Origin: a virus
Lineage: Duplodnaviria > Heunggongvirae > Uroviricota > Caudoviricetes
Direction: 5' to 3' (one strand)
Virus record (IMG/VR): IMGVR_UViG_2913177423_000006
Location: 1-15,204 of that record
Length of the DNA stretch: 15,204 nt
Both the position numbers and the translations under genes were made by a program. The notes under the pieces are model-generated. The model saw only the letters and a list, made by a program, of their open reading frames with translations, was not told the origin of the DNA and did not search any database. Below are positions 8,788 to 15,204 of this stretch, in pieces. The first letter of the stretch is position 1. Each line of letters starts with the position of its first letter.

Positions 8788-8820
8788 AAGCCCGGCAGTG
8801 TGGGGACACTAACCGGGCTT
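8788..8820 (+). promoter_or_regulatory. Strong nested hairpin/palindrome in the divergent control region upstream of the small-gene operon
   Basis: Outer stem aagcccgg (8788-8795) / ccgggctt (8813-8820), inner stem agtgt/acact with gggg loop. No U-tract follows, so it is more likely an operator or structured leader than a terminator. Confidence 0.35.
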
Positions 8821-8849
8821 CTGACCAACACGTTAACAGGACTAACGCT

Positions 8850-9053
8850 ATGGCTAAGCCGAAGTGTAACCAAACTCACCCTAAAAATCGCGTATTTCTC
8901 TTTCTTGCGGTATCAAGGGCTGACATGCAGGACAAACCACACCGCGAACAAATCACCGCGTACAGCGAACAGGAAGCCCGTTCCATGCTGGCCGGTCGCT
9001 TTATCCTCTGCTTTGCTGGCTGTCTGCCGGTTCAGGAGGCGCGCCATGTTTAA
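8850..9053 (+). CDS. Possible small leader ORF (67 aa, or 42 aa from ATG at 8925); stop overlaps next gene's start (ATGTTTAA)
   Basis: Open frame whose TAA (9051-9053) overlaps the ATG at 9046. No recognisable domain; C-terminal hydrophobic stretch RFILCFAGCLPV. May be non-coding leader. Confidence 0.3.
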   Translation: MAKPKCNQTHPKNRVFLFLAVSRADMQDKPHREQITAYSEQEARSMLAGRFILCFAGCLPVQEARHV

Positions 9054-9294
9054 CCCACTGGACAACCGTAAAGCGGCGGCGCTTAACCCGTTCCACGATG
9101 ACTGTTACGATCCGCCAGCCTTTATTAAACCGGGTTCAAAAGTAGTGGTTGAAATTGATTCCCGTGAAATGGAAGTCGCTATTCTAGCCGCTTATGACTA
9201 CGGACTGGACGCGCTGAACGACGATGGCCGGGAAGAGCTTAACCGCTTAATTGCTGACCTGAAAGACCAGATAACGGAGGCGCGGTATGCATAA
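9046..9294 (+). CDS. Hypothetical small protein (82 aa), first gene of the translationally coupled operon
   Basis: AGGAGG SD 6 nt upstream of the ATG at 9046. Stop overlaps the next start (ATGCATAA at 9287-9294). The ORF-track start at 8419 is a stop-free upstream extension. Confidence 0.65.
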   Translation: MFNPLDNRKAAALNPFHDDCYDPPAFIKPGSKVVVEIDSREMEVAILAAYDYGLDALNDDGREELNRLIADLKDQITEARYA

Positions 9295-9712
9295 TCTGCT
9301 TAATTCACCGTTGCCAGTGTCTATGGATCTCTTTCAGGCTGGCGAGATGTGCGGGCATTTTGTCGCGCGGTTAACGGATGAAAGTTGTGTTGACGAGACT
9401 GAACGCGTCGCACTTTGCGGACGTCTGGCTTTTGCCCTGCGTTCTCTTTCATCTCTTTGTGATACAGACTATCCATCGCATATCCAGGCGCAATTAACCG
9501 CGACTGCTATTCCTGCTCCCTGCGTACCTGATGAGTGGATCGACGCGACGATCATGACGGGCTATTGCACCGCCTTAAATGATGCGCTGCTTAGTCGCTC
9601 CCTTCGTATGGACGTTGAAACACAATTACGCTGGCTTTTGCATGACATGATTAATTTACTTGTCAGATATCTGAAACAGCCTTGTATTAAGGCGGGAGTA
9701 GATCATGTCTGA
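9287..9712 (+). CDS. Hypothetical Cys-rich protein (141 aa)
   Basis: Start overlaps the previous stop and its own stop overlaps the next start (ATGTCTGA at 9705-9712). No family recognised. Confidence 0.6.
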   Translation: MHNLLNSPLPVSMDLFQAGEMCGHFVARLTDESCVDETERVALCGRLAFALRSLSSLCDTDYPSHIQAQLTATAIPAPCVPDEWIDATIMTGYCTALNDALLSRSLRMDVETQLRWLLHDMINLLVRYLKQPCIKAGVDHV

Positions 9713-10112
9713 AATTATGCTCACACCGTTTCACGTTGACCGCCATTTTTACGATCTGGTTTACGGTGCTTCATTTTTTGCGGATGCATTACCTGCAATG
9801 AATGATATCAAGCAGCAGCGGCTTTATTGTCGATTATTGCAATTAAATCTGGTTGTTTTATTTGAAAAACGGTCGCGGGATATTCCCCCAATTCAGTCGA
9901 GTAAAATAAAAATCGCTGATGAGGTTATATTTCTTAATGTCGATAATATTTATCATGCGCTTTCCCTGACTGCCGGGCTGATAAGTCAGGATATCAGTAA
10001 GGGGATTGAAAAAGAACTGGCTGAATATATCAGGGATATTATTAGTATTATTTTTAATGAAATGCGAATGCAGATGGTTGATTATGATCCCTATGAAATG
10101 TGGGACGACTAA
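9705..10112 (+). CDS. Hypothetical protein (135 aa), acidic C-terminus
   Basis: Translationally coupled to the upstream gene; no family recognised. Confidence 0.6.
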   Translation: MSEIMLTPFHVDRHFYDLVYGASFFADALPAMNDIKQQRLYCRLLQLNLVVLFEKRSRDIPPIQSSKIKIADEVIFLNVDNIYHALSLTAGLISQDISKGIEKELAEYIRDIISIIFNEMRMQMVDYDPYEMWDD

Positions 10113-10199
10113 AACAATAATCGATTTATAAGAACTGAAAAACATTTAATTATAACCGTATTTTAACGGGGAGTAATTACGCCCCTGTAAGGAAAATAT

Positions 10200-10469
10200 A
10201 TGTCTGATTTGAATACCATTGCTGTTAATAGTGCTGAAAAATATCTTAGCCTTGAGTGCTTCCATAAACTCAACCGCGCAAGGAATGTTTCATTCCAGAT
10301 GCATTTACAGATCCGTCAGTGTGAGATAAACGGCCTGCCACTTTTATGGATTCCAGATATTTTCAGCTATATCAGCGAAGACATATCCGCCGTTCTGGAA
10401 GAAGCCAAAGTACTTGGCCTTTGCGATAAGTTCACAGGCGAAGCCCGGATCGGTCAGGTCAGTCTTTAA
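10200..10469 (+). CDS. Hypothetical protein (89 aa) upstream of the primase
   Basis: ORF with a GGAAAA region before the ATG; followed by a T-run and GC-rich palindrome gcgccgc-ccgct-gcggcgc (10483-10501) before the primase start. Confidence 0.5.
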   Translation: MSDLNTIAVNSAEKYLSLECFHKLNRARNVSFQMHLQIRQCEINGLPLLWIPDIFSYISEDISAVLEEAKVLGLCDKFTGEARIGQVSL

Positions 10470-10532
10470 TTTTTTGTATTCCGCGCCGCCCGCTGCGGCG
10501 CATTGTCTTACCCATTAATAAAGGTCATACCG

Positions 10533-13265
10533 ATGCAAGGTAAAAAAGTTTCACAGACAGCAGGACGCGCAGCGGGCCAGTGGGAAAATATTCTTGAACA
10601 CCTGGGGATTACTGTTCCTGCGGGTGGTCTTCATGGCCCCTGCCCGATCTGCGGCGGTAAAGATCGTTTTCGCTTTGATAATAAAAAAGGGCGTGGAACC
10701 TGGTTCTGCAACCAGTGCGGCCACGGTGACGGGCTGGATCTGGTCAAACTGGCGCTTTCGCTGGACACCGGGCCAGCCGCTGATCGAGTTGCTGAATTAC
10801 TTCCGGCCCTTCCTCCGCCTGCGGTCATGCAGCCTGCCAGAAAAGAAGCCAGTGACGAAGGTCGCCCACATGACTACTGGCAACGCCTCTTTGCCCGTAC
10901 TCAGCCGGGGGAAAGCCCTTACCTTACGGCGCGGGGGCTGACAGGTTTTGAACTGCCGCTGACCGTTCAGGAGATGAAAACCGCTGGCGGTGTTTTTCCG
11001 GCTGGTTCGCTTTTATTACCGATCACGGACACCGAAGGACGGATGACCGGTGCACAGCTTATCGGCCCGGACAAGGTAAAAGGCTTATGTGCTGGCACCA
11101 GGAAAAAAGGGCGTTTTATCTCTGTCGGGCCGTTCCCGGTGAAAACGCCCGCGCGGATCATTATCTCGGAAGGCTTTGCCACTGCGTTAAGCGCATCCCT
11201 GCTTTCAGAGGGCTGGAGTATTGCGGCGCTGGATAAAGGCAACCTGAAAGACGTTGCGGAGCAAATCCGCCAGAAATGGCCGGACGTGCAGATCGTTATT
11301 GCCGGTGATAATGACTTTTCTGACGGTAAACCCAATCAGGGGAAAGAGTCTGCGATCAAAGCTGCACTGGCCGTTAAGGGATGGATGACCATTCCTCCCG
11401 GACGGATCAAAGTTGACTGGGATGATTACCGCCGTGAATTTGGCCTCCAGCGCGCCCGTGACGCATTCGCGGAAGAACTGCTTAACCCGGCAGACACCGA
11501 AACGCGTTTACCGCATGGTTTCCGCCTGACGAAGGATTATCTTTGGTTTGATCGCCCGCTCAGTGACGGTAGCGAAAGCGGCCAGACTCGCCAGGTGAAG
11601 ATATGTAGCCCGCTCAAAGTGACGGCCATCACCAGCGACGGCGAAGGCGGTAAATTCGGGCGTCTGCTTGAGTGGGAAGACTCCAGCGGATTACGGCATG
11701 AATGGGCGATGCCAATGACAGTGCTTGCCGGAAGCGGTCAGGAGCTGCGGGAGGTTCTGCTTGATAACGGAATGCACTTTATCAGCGTGAACGGCGCGGC
11801 GCGTAGCTATCTGATGGAATACATTTCTAACTGTCGCCCGGTTCGCCGCGTCACCTGCGTTGAAAAAACAGGCTGGTTTAGCGGTGCATATGTTCTCCAG
11901 GATGAGGTGATCGGCAGCGATGCCGGATCGGTGATCCTTCAGTCTGCTATGTCGTCTAAAAATGACTTCCGGGTGAGCGGAACGGCGGCGGAATGGGCGC
12001 AACACGTCGGGCGCTATTGCGCCGGTAATTCCCGCCTGGTGTTCTGCGTCAGTCTGGCGCTGGCCGCGCCGTTGCTGAATCTTATCGGCGTGGGCGGCGG
12101 CGGTTATCACCTTAAGGGCGAATCCACGGACGGCAAGACAACCACAATGAAGGTGGCGGCGTCAGTCTGCGGCGGGCCTGATTTCTGGAAAACGTGGCGG
12201 GCAACCGGAAACGCGCTGGAAGGTATTGCGCTACGCCGTAATGATGCCGCCCTGATGCTGGATGAAATCAGCGAAGTTGACGGCAGAGAGGCCAGCCGGA
12301 TCGCCTATATGCTGGGGAACGGGCAGGGCAAAGCAAGGGGGCGCGTTGATGGCAGCGTCCGCGATCCGGTGACCTGGACATTGCTTTACCTGTCCACCGG
12401 GGAAATCTCTATTGCGGAACATGCCGCCGAAGCCGGAGAAAAGCGAACCGGCGCGGGTGTCGGTGTGCGTATGGTGCAAATACTCAGCGATACCGGAAAA
12501 CATGGCGCTTTCGAAAATCTCCACGGCATGGAAGGCGGTAAAGCGTTTGCGGAATACCTTGAACAGTCCTGTAAACAGTATCACGGTGCGCCGTTCCGCG
12601 AATGGTTGCGCTGGCTGGCGGCAAACCTGACGGAAACTGCGAACCGGGCGCGGGCAATGAAAAAAGAGTATGAACGGACATTATTACCCGAAGATTCCGG
12701 CAAGCAGGTCGGGCGCATTGTGGATCGCTTTGCGCTGTTAGCCGTTGCGGGGGAACTGGCAAGCGAAGCGGGGATCACCGGCTGGCTACCCGGTGAAGCG
12801 TATAACGCTGCAAGAAGCTGTCTGGCGGCATGGCTTAACGATCGCGGACATGCGGCCAACCAGGAAGAAGCCGACGCGCTGGAGAAGGTGCGGCGCTTTA
12901 TTACGGCGAATCAGTACACACGCTTTGCTGACTGGTATGACGAGAAAAACCGCCCGTCAAATATGGTTGGTTTTCGCCGGGTGGAGAAAGGCGGGAACGG
13001 TATCGGCATGAGCAAGAAGGAGAACAGCGGCGATACTGTTAAAGACGGGGACGCCACTAAAGAGCCGGAAACCACATTTTATATCCTGCCCAGCGGATGG
13101 AAGGAGATTTGCGGGACGTCGGACAGCGTTAAAACGGCGAGACTATGCGACGAGGCTGGATGGCTTGTAAAGGATGAAGATCGCCAGCGCCTACAACGTA
13201 CAGTAAGACTACCGGAAATTGGCTTAAAGAAAGTGTATGTGTTCAGCGGCGAAGTGATCGGATAA
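10533..13265 (+). CDS. P4 alpha-type DNA primase/helicase (zinc-binding domain, Toprim primase, P-loop NTPase)
   Basis: Zinc ribbon CPICGGKDRFRFDNKKGRGTWFCNQCGHGDGLD; Toprim motifs IIISEGFATA and VIAGDNDF; Walker A GESTDGKTT and Walker B LMLDEI. Start set at ATG 10533 (MQGKK...); the ORF-track start at 10503 is a TTG. Confidence 0.9.
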   Translation: MQGKKVSQTAGRAAGQWENILEHLGITVPAGGLHGPCPICGGKDRFRFDNKKGRGTWFCNQCGHGDGLDLVKLALSLDTGPAADRVAELLPALPPPAVMQPARKEASDEGRPHDYWQRLFARTQPGESPYLTARGLTGFELPLTVQEMKTAGGVFPAGSLLLPITDTEGRMTGAQLIGPDKVKGLCAGTRKKGRFISVGPFPVKTPARIIISEGFATALSASLLSEGWSIAALDKGNLKDVAEQIRQKWPDVQIVIAGDNDFSDGKPNQGKESAIKAALAVKGWMTIPPGRIKVDWDDYRREFGLQRARDAFAEELLNPADTETRLPHGFRLTKDYLWFDRPLSDGSESGQTRQVKICSPLKVTAITSDGEGGKFGRLLEWEDSSGLRHEWAMPMTVLAGSGQELREVLLDNGMHFISVNGAARSYLMEYISNCRPVRRVTCVEKTGWFSGAYVLQDEVIGSDAGSVILQSAMSSKNDFRVSGTAAEWAQHVGRYCAGNSRLVFCVSLALAAPLLNLIGVGGGGYHLKGESTDGKTTTMKVAASVCGGPDFWKTWRATGNALEGIALRRNDAALMLDEISEVDGREASRIAYMLGNGQGKARGRVDGSVRDPVTWTLLYLSTGEISIAEHAAEAGEKRTGAGVGVRMVQILSDTGKHGAFENLHGMEGGKAFAEYLEQSCKQYHGAPFREWLRWLAANLTETANRARAMKKEYERTLLPEDSGKQVGRIVDRFALLAVAGELASEAGITGWLPGEAYNAARSCLAAWLNDRGHAANQEEADALEKVRRFITANQYTRFADWYDEKNRPSNMVGFRRVEKGGNGIGMSKKENSGDTVKDGDATKEPETTFYILPSGWKEICGTSDSVKTARLCDEAGWLVKDEDRQRLQRTVRLPEIGLKKVYVFSGEVIG

Positions 13266-13362
13266 GACCTGCTGACACCGCTATAACTAACGGTGTTGGC
13301 CAGCTTCCGGTCCTGGAAACATAGCCAGCCAGGAAGAAGTGATCGCACGTATCATATTTTTT

Positions 13363-13575
13363 AGTGGGAACAGTGGGAACATAGGGAACAGACTTGATTT
13401 ATAAAAGTTTTATTTGTTCCCAATTACTGTTCCCATATGGTAACAGGTGGTAATGTATTTTAAATCATATGGTTATGTTGATATGCAAAGCGTTGTTCCC
13501 AGTTGTAAAAGAGAGATGGGAACAGGAAAAAGGTATAAATATCAACACTGTTACCATTGTTCCCACTGTTTCCAC
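13363..13575. repeat. Iteron-like array: about 10 copies of octamer TGGGAACA / TGTTCCCA in both orientations; candidate ori/crr-type primase-binding region or integrase arm-type sites
   Basis: Read directly: direct copies at 13366, 13375, 13384 (9-bp period); inverted copies tgttccca at 13415, 13428, 13494; tgggaaca at 13517; tgttacca / tgttccca / tgtttcca at 13549, 13558, 13567 (9-bp period). Confidence 0.7.
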
Positions 13576-13649
13576 CATTTTTGACAATAACAATGTTTAA
13601 TTTCGGGGAAAATGCTTTTCCCTGGCTGGCTAACATCAAAGGTGAAGAA

Positions 13650-14198
13650 ATGAGCATCAAGAAACGTCCTGATGGAAAATGGCTGGTAGATATCCGCCCC
13701 AATGGGCGGAACGGGAAACGCGTTAGGCGTGTTTTTATGCTTAAGCGTGAGGCTGAAAGTTTCATAAGATATACAAAGTGGCGAGCAATGCAGTCTGAAC
13801 CCACAAGAACAATCAAACCAGCATTTGAATATTATACCCTTTATGAAGCGTGTGAAATCTGGTGGCGTTTAGTGGGTCATACAAGAATTAACGCAGAAAC
13901 TGAAAAGCGTCAGCTTGAAAAGACTATCAGGCAAATGGGGAATCCTTATGTTATGGAACTTAAATATACACAATTAATTCAATTTGTAATGTTACGATTA
14001 TATTCATGCAATAAATATGTTTCTATTCGGCGTGATCTTTACAGGCTGTCAGGTATGTTTCGTGATCTGATAAAAATAGGTGAATATAATTCTAACCCCA
14101 TGAAAGGGGTTGGTTCATTAATGAACGAATGTAACCGACGTTTAGCCATACACGTTAGCAATCCTTGCTGGGTTCAATGGTGGAGAGGGGTAAAATAA
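13650..14198 (+). pseudogene. Tyrosine-integrase N-terminal fragment (arm-binding plus core-binding region, 182 aa), lacking the catalytic domain; probable integrase remnant or stand-alone DNA-binding protein
   Basis: MSIKKRPDGKWLVDIRPNGRNGKRVRRVFMLKREAESFIRYTKW is the typical P2-type integrase arm-binding N-terminus. The ORF stops after ~180 aa with no R..HxxR..Y catalytic region. AGGTG SD before the ATG at 13650. Confidence 0.5.
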
Positions 14199-14217
14199 AT
14201 GGGAGTAATAAGTGATA

Positions 14218-14475
14218 TCAGTTTTGAAGCAATTCTTTTATCATTGTTTTTTGTTCCGGCGTCATCATGTCAATCATTGTTTTTACTGCTTTCTCCCCAG
14301 TCAGCGCGCTGGGGCTTAGCGTATGGGAGAACGTCATATTCATAACGAAGGTATGCCCACATTCAACATTATTACAGGCACAATACATATCAGACAGGTG
14401 TGGATGCTTGCGTACTGTCTTTTTTGTTGTTGAATTACTTCCACACTCAGGACAAACAATTTTATGGCTGCGCAT
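14218..14475 (-). CDS. Ogr/Delta-family zinc-finger transcriptional activator (85 aa)
   Basis: MRSHKIVCPECGSNS...YCACNNVECGHTF gives Cys spacing C-x2-C-x20-C-x-C-x4-C with the NV.C motif of P2 Ogr / P4 Delta. GGTGA SD 5 nt upstream of the ATG at 14475; the ORF-track start at 14529 is probably an upstream extension. Confidence 0.7.
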   Translation of the reverse strand: MRSHKIVCPECGSNSTTKKTVRKHPHLSDMYCACNNVECGHTFVMNMTFSHTLSPSALTGEKAVKTMIDMMTPEQKTMIKELLQN

Positions 14476-14895
14476 AATAATCACCACTCGTAAAAGGCGC
14501 ATTATTATACCACTATTTGCATTAAACAAAAAAAGAAGTTGATATAAATTATCAATAATATCATCGTATTATGTTATTCCATTCTTTCCTTGCTTTTATC
14601 TTAGTGTCACGTAATTTGATTTTTTTTTATTTTAATTTTCATGTGGTTACGTTATTTTTGTTAAAGATTGAATTTTACGAAGACTGAAATTACTGAAATC
14701 CTTTGCAATTGATTGCATTTTTTTCAGTCTCAAATTTCATGTAAAACCCCGTTTAACGCCTGTTCTGGCGGTTCTTTCCTGCAATTTTCCAAACTGAAAA
14801 AATTCTCACTACGTAAACACCGTGGGCGTGCGGGTGAGCGCGGTTTTGGTCCCGCTGGCGTTTGCGTCGTAACAAGTCAGAAACATACAACCACA

Positions 14896-14914
14896 TGTAC
14901 AACTAGCTGTACAT
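14896..14914 (+). promoter_or_regulatory. Putative yefM-type operator: two TGTACA hexamers 13 bp apart, ~45 bp upstream of the antitoxin start
   Basis: catGTACAActagcTGTACAtatg read directly. The E. coli yefM-yoeB operator is known to be built from TGTACA-core palindromes. Confidence 0.5.
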
Positions 14915-14958
14915 ATGCAATACTTACGACGTAATAACTTGGCGGACGGAAAAACACT

Positions 14959-15204
14959 ATGCAACACGTAAACTATACCGATGCTCGACAGCATTTAGCT
15001 GACCTGATGCAGCAGGCTAATGATGATCGTGCCCCAATCCTGGTTACGCGTAAGGGTGCTAAAAGCGTAGTAATGATCGATGCGGAAGAGTTCGCATCGA
15101 TTCAGGAAACGTTACACCTGTTCAGTAACCCGGCGAACGCCGCACACATTGAAGCCAGCCTTGCATCGCTCGAACGCGGCGATTATGAGGAACTGGACAT
15201 TTAA
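14959..15204 (+). CDS. yefM: YefM/Phd-family type II antitoxin (81 aa)
   Basis: MQHVNYTDARQHLADLMQQANDDRAPILVTRKGAKSVVMIDAEEFASIQETLHLFSNPANAAHIEASL aligns with E. coli YefM as I recall it. Stop codon is the last triplet of the window, so the cognate toxin would lie beyond the window end. Confidence 0.85.
   Translation: MQHVNYTDARQHLADLMQQANDDRAPILVTRKGAKSVVMIDAEEFASIQETLHLFSNPANAAHIEASLASLERGDYEELDI

Noticed and set aside
8419-9294. 291-aa ORF in the six-frame track
   Set aside because: The first ~200 codons are a stop-free frame across the control region, overlapping the opposite-strand RHH gene and the palindrome, with no SD or domain. The real gene begins at the ATG at 9046, which has an AGGAGG SD.
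13363-13575. CRISPR array
   Set aside because: Repeat unit is only 8 bp with 9-13 bp periodicity and mixed orientation, not 28-37 bp direct repeats with unique spacers; iteron or arm-site interpretation fits better.
14530-14958. Additional small gene or RNA in the AT-rich region upstream of yefM
   Set aside because: Only short direct repeats (ctgaaat x2) and promoter-like A/T tracts; the 73-aa ORF at 14713-14934 overlaps the operator region and has no SD, so it is treated as intergenic regulatory DNA.
1-15204. P2/P4-type cos site (GGCGAGGCGGGGAAAGCAC-like) and a second copy of the tRNA-Thr 3' repeat marking the right end of the element
   Set aside because: Neither was found by eye anywhere in the window; the right boundary and any packaging site probably lie beyond 15204 or are absent.

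Overview
Enterobacterial-type accessory DNA that looks like a junction between two horizontally acquired elements. Left part (1-4026): a complete Gin/Pin/Hin-family DNA invertase (1-555, +) convergent with a strongly AT-rich 936-aa protein (776-3586, -) whose N-terminus carries SIR2-type NADase motifs and whose long C-terminus is unassigned; this is the best defence-system candidate (single-gene DSR-like architecture). At 4027-4072 there is only the 3' ~46 nt of a tRNA-Thr(CGU) gene, i.e. an att-type junction, followed directly by a P4-type tyrosine integrase (4238-5428). Right part: a satellite-like integrative element with integrase, AlpA-type regulator, a coiled-coil 290-aa protein plus a P2 GpN-like capsid-family protein, a divergent ribbon-helix-helix regulator, a translationally coupled operon of small unknown genes, a P4 alpha-type primase/helicase, an array of about ten TGGGAACA/TGTTCCCA octamers, an integrase N-terminal fragment, an Ogr/Delta zinc-finger activator and a YefM antitoxin with TGTACA operator. 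No rRNA, CRISPR array or IS element was seen. All homology calls come from reading the translations and recalled family motifs; no database search was run.
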